A stretch of DNA of 64,000 nucleotides from a virus, in IMG/VR virus record IMGVR_UViG_3300017917_000715, positions 7,169 through 71,168 of that record; one strand, written 5' to 3'. Position numbers and translations under genes: made by a program. Every line of letters starts with the position of its first letter. The stretch's first letter is position 1. Below are positions 38,001 through 46,295 of the stretch, one piece after another. Below the pieces are notes generated by a model. It was not told the DNA's origin. It searched no databases and worked only from the letters and a program-made list of their open reading frames with translations.

Positions 38001-40861
38001 AATTCGTATATAGTAATTGCATCATCATTTGCTAAATCAGCAGAAATAACAACAAACCCTTGACTATTAAAAGTGTAGTCTCGTTGGTATAACAATTGAG
38101 TATTGTTTAAGTACACTAATACTGATTTAGTTGATAGACTATCTAAATTAAATGTACTACTTAACGGATATGTTTTTATTCTATAATCAAAAACAACTAA
38201 GTCTGTTCTCACACCACCATTAAAAGGAACCATATCGCTAAAATAATAAGGAGCAGTCTTTGGTTTGTCTTTAGTTATTTCTTGTAAAATTAAATTAACC
38301 TGTGTTACAGGATCAGTATCAATGCCTAAATTTTCTGCAACTGTTATAAAGTTATGTTTAAATTTATTATAGTCTTCTCTTGCAGATTCAATTGCATTTA
38401 CAATATTGTTTCTTTCAGATGTAATATGATAAAGTGCTAAACTAATTGGGCCGCTGTGTTGAACAAATTTAGTTCCGTATGGTGTTATGTTACCAAGACT
38501 TTGTAAATTACTTGGGCCTGGATACAGCCCAGAAAAATCAGGAACATTCTCTACAATAGATCCAACATGGTCAATTACTTCACCAAGTGTAAAATCTGTA
38601 ATCTTATCGTTAAAAGAATTGTTTTGTAAATTAATTGGAATTTCATAGAACCCGTTATCATTAATAGGTTGATTTGCGTATGCTTTTATTGTTAGAATAT
38701 CGCTAGTTAATATGTCATTTGATAACACAATAGTCTTGTAATATGAACCGTCTACTACTGACCATTGTGTAGTATCTAAACGATTTCCATTTACAAAAAC
38801 TTTTATTCTTAAATCTTCAAGATTGTTAATATCATCAAAAATATCTAATTCAAAGTTATTAACTTTATTTGATTTCTTATAAATTCGTAAGGCTGCTTGT
38901 GTATTTTCAACGATTGATTTTTGCCAGCCGTTAATATACGAAACTTCAAATGTTGGCTCTGTTTTAACCAGATAACCAACTTCAGTGTTGCCTGTTAAGA
39001 TATTTGAAACATCTTTATACTGAAAAGTATCTGTTGCTAAATTAAAATTAAAAAGTATATCGCCAACGTTTGTAATATTTTTGTATGATAAAGGAAAACC
39101 TAAAACACTATCCGATGTTCCTGTTCCAACTTTATAAGAAAATAATTTTGTACCAATAAATGTTGAACCTTCATATACAGATTTATCGCCGTAGCTATAA
39201 CCATTAGAATCAACAATATCAAACAATGGTGCTTGATTCAATGATGTTTTTTCTTGTGCTACATTCCAGTTAGATCCGTTAAACCAATAAGTTTTTCCTT
39301 GGTTTTTATTGCCTTGGCGAATTAGTACAACATCATTTTGTTGAGGTATTGTTTCTTCAACTAAATGGATTTGACGAACACCGTCAAGTATTAAAAAATC
39401 AACTTTATAAATTCTGTTTTTAACAAGAATATCAGTATCGGCTATAAACAAAATTCGCTGACCTTGTGCTACTGGTATTCCGTCAATGTTATAACCTAGT
39501 TGTCCTTCAATTGTAGAAAACACATCAACTGTATAATCGTCTACAAGGTCAACATCGTTTACTGCTCTTGTGCCGTAATTAAAAAGTCTAATGTTTGGTT
39601 CAAACTCAATGATAGGACGTACTGCTCGAGCAGTTTGATCAATGTTTGCTATTTTACCGTTGTAGGTTGCGCTAGCTTCAATAACATCTTTGTGGAACCA
39701 TCTGTTATAACGAGACCATGGATTGTTATCATAGCTTCCTCTATTGATTAATACATAATCTTTATTTCCAGCAAAACTAGTTGCATCGCCAAATGGCAAA
39801 CTATCAAAAGGTGTACTGTCAAACGGAATTGCTTGTGCGGTTGTAAACGGTGAAAGAAGTTCTAATATTCTTTCGTCTACTAAACGAATAGAATCACCAA
39901 CGCCTTCAACAAAATATTGACTAGATTTATATGACTCTGGAATAACTTGTCCTTTAAAAGACACTTTCATTCCATTACGCAACTCTGTTCCATCAGGTAA
40001 AGTATAAGTTCTTTTACCAAGAATTTCTGTGTTGATATCAAATGTTGTATTTTCATCAATAGATAAAATCTCAAATACTCCGCCTAAATCAATGTCTGAC
40101 TCGCTGACATAGTAAAGGACGTCTGGAGAATTATATGGAACTGTAAATTCAATTACACCGTTTTCAACAGCATAACCAATTAATCCTTCATCTTGATATC
40201 TATCAGCAGGGCCTGCTGTTCTTTTAGTTTTAATTGAAAAAGGATTTCCCAAACTTGTAATTTCAAATCTATATGTTTCCCCCCTGTATAATCTAATGCT
40301 TGGATTTTGTTCTAAGCCAGTTGGAAAAAATACATAAGTGTTATTATCTGCTTCTGCACGTACTTCTACACGATAAGTACTGGTAATTTCTTGCTGTTTA
40401 CCTGTAATTGTAATAGTATCAGGGCCATATGGTAACCAGTAATAATTTTGAAAATTTACAAACTTATCCCAGTCGATGTGCGGATCCCAAGAATAAAATT
40501 CTTGAGAATTTAATCTTGAATGATTTGAAGTATTACCTCCAAATACCTTAAGTTGATTAATATAGTCTTGGTAATCTTTAAAGAAGGTAACATTACCTAA
40601 AGTATCAGTTACAGTATATCCTGGTTCAAGTTGATAATTTTGTCTATCATTACTTGGGGCTTTTATAAAAATGTCGTCACCGGTAGTTGCTTTAGAATTT
40701 TCTCTACCAATATATCCATTAATTTTTTTAACTGTACCCGGTTGTACTAGTTGATTGACCGTAGCTTGTAAAAACTTTTTATTAGAATCAGTTCTAAAAT
40801 ACTTGGGTAATAGATCTGCACTATTAGTTTTTTTGCCTTCTGAATTGATGCTATCAGCCAT
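26021..40861 (-). CDS. giant 4946-aa baseplate/structural protein (gp7-like position)
   Basis: Uninterrupted 14.8-kb ORF directly downstream of the gp6-like gene, with FG-GAP-like propeller repeats, CBM5/12-like modules, G.GY...P repeats and GDG....F Ig-like repeats. Confidence 0.8.
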   Translation of the reverse strand: MADSINSEGKKTNSADLLPKYFRTDSNKKFLQATVNQLVQPGTVKKINGYIGRENSKATTGDDIFIKAPSNDRQNYQLEPGYTVTDTLGNVTFFKDYQDYINQLKVFGGNTSNHSRLNSQEFYSWDPHIDWDKFVNFQNYYWLPYGPDTITITGKQQEITSTYRVEVRAEADNNTYVFFPTGLEQNPSIRLYRGETYRFEITSLGNPFSIKTKRTAGPADRYQDEGLIGYAVENGVIEFTVPYNSPDVLYYVSESDIDLGGVFEILSIDENTTFDINTEILGKRTYTLPDGTELRNGMKVSFKGQVIPESYKSSQYFVEGVGDSIRLVDERILELLSPFTTAQAIPFDSTPFDSLPFGDATSFAGNKDYVLINRGSYDNNPWSRYNRWFHKDVIEASATYNGKIANIDQTARAVRPIIEFEPNIRLFNYGTRAVNDVDLVDDYTVDVFSTIEGQLGYNIDGIPVAQGQRILFIADTDILVKNRIYKVDFLILDGVRQIHLVEETIPQQNDVVLIRQGNKNQGKTYWFNGSNWNVAQEKTSLNQAPLFDIVDSNGYSYGDKSVYEGSTFIGTKLFSYKVGTGTSDSVLGFPLSYKNITNVGDILFNFNLATDTFQYKDVSNILTGNTEVGYLVKTEPTFEVSYINGWQKSIVENTQAALRIYKKSNKVNNFELDIFDDINNLEDLRIKVFVNGNRLDTTQWSVVDGSYYKTIVLSNDILTSDILTIKAYANQPINDNGFYEIPINLQNNSFNDKITDFTLGEVIDHVGSIVENVPDFSGLYPGPSNLQSLGNITPYGTKFVQHSGPISLALYHITSERNNIVNAIESAREDYNKFKHNFITVAENLGIDTDPVTQVNLILQEITKDKPKTAPYYFSDMVPFNGGVRTDLVVFDYRIKTYPLSSTFNLDSLSTKSVLVYLNNTQLLYQRDYTFNSQGFVVISADLANDDAITIYEFENTNGSYIPPTPTKLGIWPKFEPKLYLDTSLVTPRQMIQCHDGSQVLAYGDYRDDLILELEKRIFNNIKIEYNPEIFDIHSVIPSYSRKTPYSLDEFNEVLATSFYKWLSLVDRDFTKPISYNKGDPLTFNHRGLTTPDGMLPLPGYWKGIHRWMLDTDRPNICPWEMLGFSIMPKWWEEVYGPAPYTSDNLVLWNDIADGMVREPGKPQRQLKEFVRPYLRNRIPVDEFGNIKSPIMSGLATGVITNSTAEDYIFGDVSPVESAWRRSSYYPFSVLITTLLLYPAKSIGLLLDRSRTVRNLAGQLIYKDTGIRIRPKDIKLPSIYSSASSVNTSGIINYLVDYILSDNLKSYSEYVSDLSTLGTNLSHRIGSFTSKEKFKLLLDSKTPLSSGSVFVPQEDYNIVTNTSSPIKKITYSGVIITRLGDGYTVKGYSKTQPFFKYYPYVKLGNLINVGGISESFSIWTPQYQYAAGKVVSYGNKYYRSKVLHTTTDTFEINYYQPLPALPVIGGRDAYIRRDWDKSETITIPYGTKFTSVQDVVDFLVGYGEWLKDEGFIFDDFNNNLNTISNWETSAKEFMFWSTQNWSTGKDKWAEWLPDQDVAAGSIVRYQGDYYRALRNLNASIAFNEEDYDKLDGLSEVGSAVISLSPAAAKLTFSSPLSVVDDIRNPFYGYEIFKVDGTPIQPNFLNNYRDDNSVSYAPSTGDGIYGATFYLVQKEQVAILNNTTMFNDTIYNPESGYRQERILVSGYISSDWNGSFNIPGFIFDQAVVLEWEPWKDYSLGDIVRHKQFYLSAASKVAGSETIDLTQWIKLDNKPTPQLLPNWTYKASQFTDFYSLDSDNFDADQQTVAQHLIGYQKRQYLSNIIKDDVSEFKFYQGMIVEKGTQNVLNKLFDVLSADGKESITFYEEWALRVGQYGASQAFENIEFIIDESLIKNNPQGFELVNQVDPAAVDFIVRQTPNDVYLKPIGYNNNPWPTTNNHSQYLRTPGYVRPDDVKFVLKEFDEVLTKDSTDFVDGDYVWVGFEGREWNVYRYTRLNVEVTDVTYSKPDAQITVKFSKNTTIEINDIIGIDQATEINGFYKVVSVGLQTITLSSPNLSSFTVPFQYRNKITVAIFRSQRIKNTVENGNVVKAIDIADQNFNSSPLEGELLWTDDDGSGKWATWQFNSAYTKTELTNLFPQAGASYGRQTTLNYSSDIAMITNDLGETIVYDKAGPNAPWLLRQTITVPFISKDVGDYNPTPPSLTGGAISISPDSQWFVTATPLASNVSSRCVFVNGSANWDSATTYSTGDVVVVGLTPYTALQASTNKNPTSQVNYWIESPFISANNATQATNASFENMGVVSLYSKDSSNNFSLVSTILSPAPSANEKFGSTVIFGDNTLFVGAPGADSGKGVVYRLTYSTRVEASTAYNPIGSLGSTIKLSSTLNIIAGMYIRGTGFNSKQYVAEVVDDTTIIINTPPDSEPSGILEFTQTEWRYDNNVISLPVGVQAEGFGSVLAISKDGSTLLISAPGLASVGKVFVYKKNTSGVFNWLQTIVGDEVEFGSSVTVSDSGTYIAISSIYKDTEKLIDQGQVYTYKFNGTTYTTTGFGLKNINPEPSGFFGSKIRFMNDYQTLVVYSKGADSRVISTFDLYTSIPASAIVTGMSYKIRKLGNTNWNLVAGTTGLIYTQGQLFTAVNVGTGTGTVIDLEQVPNTPTTFDNDLTRVTDLQEDTGRIDIYDMYNSRWIFSESLSNTDDKTVGYNEGFAVSSNHILVGAPYAIDQGIISGKVYEYRKKPNTLSWKKLRAEIDRVDLTKIKRAFLYNKTTNKLVSYLDVIDSVQGKIPGIADTEIKYKTFYDPATYSVGDTSVNVDDGMAWTSSQVGMLWWDLRTAKFFNSYDDNLIYRNSTWNTLFPGASVDIYEWVETKLTPAQWNEQADTETGIALGISGTSLYDNNVYSVVKKYDNISKSFKNTYYFWVKNKRTVPSIGNRKMSADSVANLIANPRGYGHKYLALTSSNSFSLVNVKPLLNDTDIVLSVEYWTSEETDKKIHSQWRIVNEDTETILPSAIEEKWFDSLCGKDLAGRVVPDPVLPPKLKYGIEDRPRQGMFVNRFEALKQFIEQVNRKLATELIVENRNISALESFEKEPSTITGLYDTTLDTDAELRFINIGSYEKPNLSVIIENGRIVDVVVNAKGRGYIIAPYFDITGSGTGAKIRAKINNRGQIIGAEIISGGYGYDSNTTISVRSYSVLVHSDSVANNSWSIYSYEPTTLTWSRVHSRSYDVRNYWSYADWYATGYNQFTAIDFSVNSFTELNNIESSVGQLVKIRTTNLGTWVLVEKYADSNSVDWTQSYRVVGREKGTIQFSSTLYEFSDSKYGFDGSLYDAGIFDDSASTELRIILDTLKNNILIDNLRGTYLDLFFSSVRYILSEQTYVDWIFKTSFVKAQHQVGELKQKVTYNNDNLSNFEDYIDEVKPYRTKIREYVSAYDKVDTNYLSTTDFDLPPVYENGKLLPITVNAVDGIIQADSSKVIEYPWKHWYDNLGYSITELVIADQGSGYVSEPVVKFVGNTGSGAKARAFITNGKVNRIVLLNKGTNYLSAPKVILEGGTTQNSTPAKAFAIIGNGVVRSNLVKIKFDRVTQAYFVTDLSATQIYSGETEVSGSRLQFPLIWAPDLRINKASVLINGVETLRANYKLSIVKSTSRGYTTYSGAITFTTAPAKGSTITINYIKDWSTLNAADRIQHYYTPSAGELGKDLAQLMTGIDYGGVVINSLGFESNQGWDSVPYYTDKWDSYDEKFDDYIVTVAANTHSFTLPYVPAAGTELNVYWSGVNIDSYSGDGFTLIYNFNVYDLYPPTVTITRSVNLVDAANLAGTDVLVVDSTDGLKIGDRVSITPIVEKQLGYNTLVTQIIDATHIKINQILFSDVEDSSVAIFTRDLVDPIDCRINGNGTVFLEEPVPVGSTITIKAFLSPVRLDDPNYNVTGVARNNLNTKKAELTVLEGQLLVLENEKAVIEDTLAQLNADLYDNQLELNTLNIILSQLQPGDPEYLPTVSQINYLVNTANPAIQSNIDSTTADLADKNDEIDAKQLEVTTKEAEVLAADNALTGLPPIANPDTAIMQTIISDGVPDNLINPTTKTFSIPGSFVVAQGDQFIWRKSTSDGSITPQDTDYDTALSGGNMAYSTATGLSADDILVDGDGFVTPISSPAPEEVVPGQVVDAVAIKVYDRVGSGSANIKVDSYIADGVQQEFDITQQPNSRTAVIVKFTEGQKDLITGQLGSISTIATLNDDYSVDYRNRKVIFNTAPTEGKMISIFSFGANGTDILDFDYFIGDGSTTEFITKAPWLSSINYYVTVDGLPAEPGTPAVFETDSSYDSANRTGLKFSVPPSNGALITYIIVKGTAQTYAITNTERIVGNGGTTYDLSYQIGDSLPIESNMIVRVGNTILNGPTNSYFTITGTKLNYTLDATKYLPYSVSVTDIVVIADGDLLTVGTDYIVDLSGITVKINTNTRKKYQNKSLVVSVRQDLGYVYVPATSTTSPQIVFATPYDSSNIIEVVSSYRHDVLDLQRTVINVTTQSNLVPNSAEYYYYKGVSGGIIQLDRTVLDDNYIWVIKNGSLLTPSADFKLNEDKKSIKLAFYPDAADQFTLITFSSNVVGANISYMQFKDMLNRTHFKRLNANKKTRLVRPLKYTDISIEVEDASNFDIPSIPNNKPGIIEIRGERIEYFKLEPKVTDGITTYLLSQLRRGTLGTGVPGIHRIGSYVQDIGASETIPYVESNTTEQVKSDGTNVVSLSFVPGGFTTDWEYQGRQMTQTETVDLAKSAVEAFVGGYASAAWSPNVDYKVNDVVEVGSYTYKCVSNHTSSTSFTTDSNNWVFFVGNIRLKKDSYKVHNVNIHPESTEGDVTFPADFTVDNLSTQLELTNTLTFGTRVTVVKRQGTSWDSKTNILDDDGKIARFIKAAPGVWYTDIGKYDITIGTASSFDSNGTFDGDTSTFDQG

Positions 40862-43800
40862 TGTTTACTCCGTAATTTGAACTTGTAATATTTTGTTGTG
40901 CTGTTACATTAGATTGAACAGTTGTTCCGGCTACTGATTTAATTGATGTTGATGTAATACCCGAAATAATTTCAATGTCATCAACTGTTGCTCCGCTAAC
41001 AAATAACTGATCGCTAGCTGATTTAATTTCAAATAAACTACCAAAACCAAGTCCGCCTAATCGTGGAACTATTACAAAACTTGAAATGTCAGGACTTAGT
41101 TGTGTCATAACGTATGTTGCAAGCTCTGTAAAATAGAATGTATCTCCAAAGTCCCAATTGTCAATTGAGAAAAATTCTTCAATTGCTACAATAATTCTAG
41201 TCTTAATATCGTTATCTGAAACAACTTGATTAGGATTTTTGATTACTTTAAAACTTGCTTGTAAATCCGGTGTTGCTTGAGCTCCAAATAAAACTTTATA
41301 ATTTGCTGGATGGAAAATAACTTCATCAGAAATTGTTTTAATTAAATTTAAATTGCTAGAAACTAAGTCATAAAGTTCACTAGAACTTGGCGGTAATGGT
41401 TTTGTTAACAACGAACCAGACAACCACTGTCTAAACTCTATGTCATACGTCTTTGTAAGAACGTAGACATCAATGATATTGCTTACACCTGGATCAATTC
41501 TACTTTCATAATCAGCATTGTGTATGTATTGGAATTTTAGGTTGTCTCTACCAATGTAAACTTTATAATCCAAAGTTGGAACAAATGGATTTGCTAATAA
41601 TTTGTTAAGTTTAACAACAGTATCTGTAGCGGTAAAGTAAAAATATTGTCCATCGTTATATTGAGTTAATGGATAAACAGAGGACTCAGTATCTTTAATA
41701 ATAACTATTTGACTACTATTATCAATATATCTATAATCTTCTTGACCTTGACTAATTGAATATTTTTCAAAGATTTTATATTTGTTTTGATCTGTAATTA
41801 TTGTACTATCTGGTGCTACAATATCGTTAAACACGTCTGGGTTATCAACAACTCCGTTGTCGTCAGAGTCTGCAAATGTTACAATTAATTTTTTATCGTC
41901 AACATATCCATCAAGACCAATATATTCTTTTGCAATATCCCAAGGTCTGTCAAAAGTTAAAGGATATGAATTTTCTGGTTGAGTGTTAACACTCAATATA
42001 TTAATTGAATCTTTAATTACAGAATTAGTTTTGCTATCATACACTTTATTGCTACTATCAAAGTAAAATCTAATTTGACTATCGCTTTCAAAGATATATT
42101 GTTGTTGACGTGTAGTTACAGTATAGTATTCGTTATCTGTTGTGAACAATAATAACCAACTTGCATCTTGTTGTAAGTTAGATTGATCGCCTTGTTTACC
42201 TAGGCTAAACGAATTTTTTGAATCTAAATTTAATTCATAAACAATAGTCCAGATTTGATTTACTGCATCGTAACGTAATCCAAATGGTTTGTTAGCAAAA
42301 ATTAAATCAATCATTGATGTAATAACGGAGCTATCAATTACAGTTCTCCACTTAGGAATAATCTGTATCATGATTGCATCCATTGGGACTACTGCATTTA
42401 GTGTAATAGGACCAAACCCAGTACTTAGTGTGCCAGTGCCTGCGCCGGTGCCGTCGTCTACAACAGATACTACTTCTGTCCAGATATACTTGCTTGCTCC
42501 GGGTGCTTGCGGATCTGTTAGCTCTAGTGCATTAGAATTTTTAGTATTAAAATAATATTGAACACTATTAATCATAGGTGCTTCAAATTTAACTAATGCG
42601 CCAGGTTTAAAATATTTTAAATCTGACTCTGTTGCGCCGCCTACTTTAAAAATAGTACTACCGTTAGATACATAACCAGTAGAAGAATTGCTATCAGATG
42701 TTGAGTTAACCCATTGGTATGATGAAGTATAAACTAAAAATTTAGAATAGTAAAAGTTTCTTAAATTAACATTTTTTAAAATGTCAAATATGTCATTGTA
42801 GATAATTCCTTCAATGTCAGTTTTGTTTTGGTAAGAAAATCTCATAGTATCTTGATATTCTTGTGTATATAAAATACCGTCATTACCAATTAAAATTGTT
42901 GAACTATATTTGCCTGTTGGATCTGACAAATCAAAATAACGACTTATGCCGCTACTAGTTCTGTTAAGTGCTTTTACTTTTGATACTTGTGAACTAACTG
43001 CCAGCGGAGCAATATTATAGTCTTCGCCGGTGATCATTCTATTCTGTGTATAATAAGTTGCAGGCGCATTTGTTTTAATGCTAGTACTAGATTCAGTAGT
43101 TGTAGCATTTGTTACACTTGTTGAAAGACTTAGACTAATTGTTAATTCTTCTTGCTGGCCAACATTTGATGTGTAAGGAAAACTTATACTTACATTTTTA
43201 ATATCTTGAGGATTTATTGAGTACTCAAGACCGTTACTAACTCTATAATAAGTTCTAAATGACCCTAATGGTAAGTCTCCAAATGTTCCATCGCTGAATT
43301 GCAAACTAACTGCATCATTCGCTTTTGTAATTACAGAATAAATGTTTCTAATATTTTTGTTAACGCTGTTATAGATAATGTTGTTTGCTTCAAAGTTGCT
43401 AACTTGTGTCCATAAGCTACTTTCTTTTGCTGCCTGGTCAAGTTTATACAACCACACGTCTGAATTGTTAATATTTTGAGCATCAATGTCAATAGACTGA
43501 TTACTGCTCGGCTGGGTTACTGTAAATTCTCCAACGTTAAGAGTTCCCTGAACAAATCTTAAAAAGAATCCTGAGCCTGCGCTGCTTGCGCCGCGGCCGT
43601 CGTCTCTATAAATGCAAGAAATTGTATTTCCTGATTTAGGAGCTTCTTCGTAAATAAAAGATTGTCCGCTAAAAGTAGTACTAACTACTTCAAATATCAT
43701 TGGACGGCCAGCTACTGTTTTTGTAAAACTAAAAACAGGAACCCCAGTAGTGTCGTTTTGAAATCTATATTGTTCAGTTGGTATTCCGTAAATTGTTGCG

Positions 43801-44327
43801 CTGTCAGCTGGACTGCCAAATTGTTGTGTCTTTGGCAATGCCGCATTCATTACCTTAATAAATTGGTCATACCAGTTTGAGTTTGATGGGTCGTTCCATG
43901 TAATAATTTGTCCGGATAAATTTCTACCGTTACTATCAATTACAGATTGTGTTGTTTGAACAGATGCAAACTTTAATAGACCGCTAGAAGCAATATTTCT
44001 TTTAGCATTATAAGAAAGCATACGTGCTAAACGTAGCACAGATTCGCGGCGTTCTGCTAATTCTAAGAAGTTGTCGCGAGCATTTAAATCAACACGGAAA
44101 GCTATGCTTTGGCCCAAGAACGCAATAAGGTCAATTAGGGCAAGGTATTCGCTTGACTCAATGTAATCGTTATAATCTTCAGGATAATTTTGACGAATGT
44201 AGTCAATCATTGTGCGACGAAGATTTTCAAAGTCATAGCTTTGAAAGTCTGCGTTGCGGAAACTTTGATATATTTTTTTCCAATCTTCAGATACTAATAA
44301 TCTGTTTTGTCTAGTAGTTACACTCAT
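40854..44327 (-). CDS. gp6: baseplate wedge subunit, T4 gp6-like
   Basis: YDFENLRRTMIDY, FLELAERRESVLRLARMLSY and APATYYTQNRMITGEDY motifs. Confidence 0.85.
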   Translation of the reverse strand: MSVTTRQNRLLVSEDWKKIYQSFRNADFQSYDFENLRRTMIDYIRQNYPEDYNDYIESSEYLALIDLIAFLGQSIAFRVDLNARDNFLELAERRESVLRLARMLSYNAKRNIASSGLLKFASVQTTQSVIDSNGRNLSGQIITWNDPSNSNWYDQFIKVMNAALPKTQQFGSPADSATIYGIPTEQYRFQNDTTGVPVFSFTKTVAGRPMIFEVVSTTFSGQSFIYEEAPKSGNTISCIYRDDGRGASSAGSGFFLRFVQGTLNVGEFTVTQPSSNQSIDIDAQNINNSDVWLYKLDQAAKESSLWTQVSNFEANNIIYNSVNKNIRNIYSVITKANDAVSLQFSDGTFGDLPLGSFRTYYRVSNGLEYSINPQDIKNVSISFPYTSNVGQQEELTISLSLSTSVTNATTTESSTSIKTNAPATYYTQNRMITGEDYNIAPLAVSSQVSKVKALNRTSSGISRYFDLSDPTGKYSSTILIGNDGILYTQEYQDTMRFSYQNKTDIEGIIYNDIFDILKNVNLRNFYYSKFLVYTSSYQWVNSTSDSNSSTGYVSNGSTIFKVGGATESDLKYFKPGALVKFEAPMINSVQYYFNTKNSNALELTDPQAPGASKYIWTEVVSVVDDGTGAGTGTLSTGFGPITLNAVVPMDAIMIQIIPKWRTVIDSSVITSMIDLIFANKPFGLRYDAVNQIWTIVYELNLDSKNSFSLGKQGDQSNLQQDASWLLLFTTDNEYYTVTTRQQQYIFESDSQIRFYFDSSNKVYDSKTNSVIKDSINILSVNTQPENSYPLTFDRPWDIAKEYIGLDGYVDDKKLIVTFADSDDNGVVDNPDVFNDIVAPDSTIITDQNKYKIFEKYSISQGQEDYRYIDNSSQIVIIKDTESSVYPLTQYNDGQYFYFTATDTVVKLNKLLANPFVPTLDYKVYIGRDNLKFQYIHNADYESRIDPGVSNIIDVYVLTKTYDIEFRQWLSGSLLTKPLPPSSSELYDLVSSNLNLIKTISDEVIFHPANYKVLFGAQATPDLQASFKVIKNPNQVVSDNDIKTRIIVAIEEFFSIDNWDFGDTFYFTELATYVMTQLSPDISSFVIVPRLGGLGFGSLFEIKSASDQLFVSGATVDDIEIISGITSTSIKSVAGTTVQSNVTAQQNITSSNYGVNNG

Positions 44328-44345
44328 GATTTATCCTATATCATG

Positions 44346-44353
44346 TATTTATC
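44346..44353 (-). promoter_or_regulatory. T4-type late promoter (GATAAATA)
   Basis: Motif upstream of the gp6-like ATG 44327. Confidence 0.65.
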
Positions 44354-44374
44354 GAACAAAATTATATGGGTAGT

Positions 44375-44818
44375 TTATCCTAGCAGTAAGCCGTTATTTT
44401 GATCAAATCTTAATTGCATTGACTGGCTAATATTGTAAGGCAAGTATGTTAGTAAACATTCAATTTGTATGCCTGATTCGTACTGCGTTACAGTTACCTG
44501 TGTTGCAGTTATTCTAGGATCATAGTTGATAATTTCATTAACGTTTTCAGTTATTAAATTTTTTATTTCTTCTGTTAGAGGCTCAAATAACAAATCCCAT
44601 ATAACTGTACCAAATGTTGGGTTCATTAATCTTTCGCCTTGTCTAGTATAAAAATGATTTAACAAATCTTGCTGAATAAGTTGAAAATCATAAAGAGCAA
44701 AATTTTCAGTATTTTCGCTTACTGTGCTAAATCCTTTGTACATTTTTGGAGCAATAGTATCTGCGCGGTTGTTCGGACGCAACACTATTTTGTTGTATAA
44801 ATTTGAATTACTACTCAT
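44375..44818 (-). CDS. gp25: baseplate wedge subunit, T4 gp25-like
   Basis: TRQGERLMNPTFG..IWDLLFEP and YDPRI motifs. Confidence 0.92.
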   Translation of the reverse strand: MSSNSNLYNKIVLRPNNRADTIAPKMYKGFSTVSENTENFALYDFQLIQQDLLNHFYTRQGERLMNPTFGTVIWDLLFEPLTEEIKNLITENVNEIINYDPRITATQVTVTQYESGIQIECLLTYLPYNISQSMQLRFDQNNGLLLG

Positions 44819-46293
44819 TATGCGTTTCCTCCTTGGTTTGACTCAGGTGGCACATACATTTTAAATGTGTCGCTTAATGTTGAATATTTGCCGTAGCTAG
44901 CTGGAACTTCAGGTGCTGCACCAGCGTCTCTATCAGTTTTAGTAGGTTTGGCAGATGCTGGATCTAAGTTTTCATGGAATGGCCAAGGTTCGTGTGTAGG
45001 AACACGTAGCATAATAGATTCAATATTAGGTTTTCCTGTTTGGTCAATTAGTTTAAATGTTGATAATACTTTTGCGGCTGTTGCCTCCAATGCGCTATTC
45101 ATATAAATTTTTCCAGCAGTTTCTCGATGTGTAGTACCACTCTTAATATGAGAATTATCGCCGCTAGTTATTAATGTATCTTTTCCAGATATGATTTCTG
45201 AATTTTGTCCTGCTTCGGTGTGAACTTTGCCAGTGGCTTTAAGATTAAAGTTACGACCTGCTTCTAGATTAATATCTCTATCAGCTTTAATGTTTAGATC
45301 ATTACTAGTATGAATGCTAATACTATCTTCAGCAAAAATATCTATTTTACCATCGCTAGATAATTCAATCCAAGCTGTTCCTCTAGCATTACCAACATAA
45401 ATCAAATCTTCACTGTTATGCATTAATATTTGATGCCCGGTTCTAGTACGTAATCTAATTAATTCATTGTGCGGTATATCTTTAAGGCCGCCCGTGTCGC
45501 CTTGCTCTAAACTAGCGTACTCAGGCGGACCGTCGCCGGCTGTTGTTTTACGAAGAAATTTGTCATCTCCGTCGTCCATAACAAATGTACTACCGCCAAG
45601 ACGACTAACAAAAACTTCTGCATACCCGTCAGCAGGACCAACACGGCCCTTTTTAGCTCCGTCTTGTTTGTCTACTGGGCCTGGTGTTGAAATACCAAAC
45701 ACCATACTTGGTGCTTCTCTTCTTGCAGAACTAGTTGTAATGCCTCTAATATCGTCTTTGCCTAATCCTTGAGTTGCTAAAACTTTAGCAAAAGGATGTT
45801 TTGGTTTTAATGCTTTTGTAGGTTCAGAGATTTGACCTGTAGCAATTTTGTTGTACTCTGCAACAGGTTCTCTTTTTTCTACACCGTCTACTACATATTC
45901 AGTTGCAGCTATTCCAGGAACCATAAAGTTCATTGCTTCGTCCGGAACGCAACCTATCCAATATCCGTATTTAGGATTGTCGTTAGCAAAAGCCACCATA
46001 ACTACCGTACCAGTATCAGGTGGTACCATCCACATTCCATAACTTTTTTGTGTATTATTATAATCGTTAGTAGAAGTTACATATTTAGAACTTGTTGAAC
46101 CGTAAAAAGGTGATAGATATTTAACAGGAATTATTTGTCCTGTTACCGGATTGTTGCCAACAGACCTTTCTAATTTCACAGATACCATACCCATGAATGT
46201 TTTATCAAGCACGCTCACTACTGTTGCAAGATATAAACCAGCTCGTATTTCTGGTATTTCTGAATTAATGACTTCTATGCCTTCGTTGCTCAT
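44818..46293 (-). CDS. gp5: baseplate hub spike, gp5/VgrG-like (OB fold plus beta-helix)
   Basis: PPDTGTVVMVAF...YWIG OB fold, RTRTGHQILM and C-terminal beta-helix-type repeats. Confidence 0.8.
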   Translation of the reverse strand: MSNEGIEVINSEIPEIRAGLYLATVVSVLDKTFMGMVSVKLERSVGNNPVTGQIIPVKYLSPFYGSTSSKYVTSTNDYNNTQKSYGMWMVPPDTGTVVMVAFANDNPKYGYWIGCVPDEAMNFMVPGIAATEYVVDGVEKREPVAEYNKIATGQISEPTKALKPKHPFAKVLATQGLGKDDIRGITTSSARREAPSMVFGISTPGPVDKQDGAKKGRVGPADGYAEVFVSRLGGSTFVMDDGDDKFLRKTTAGDGPPEYASLEQGDTGGLKDIPHNELIRLRTRTGHQILMHNSEDLIYVGNARGTAWIELSSDGKIDIFAEDSISIHTSNDLNIKADRDINLEAGRNFNLKATGKVHTEAGQNSEIISGKDTLITSGDNSHIKSGTTHRETAGKIYMNSALEATAAKVLSTFKLIDQTGKPNIESIMLRVPTHEPWPFHENLDPASAKPTKTDRDAGAAPEVPASYGKYSTLSDTFKMYVPPESNQGGNA

Positions 46294-46295
46294 TG

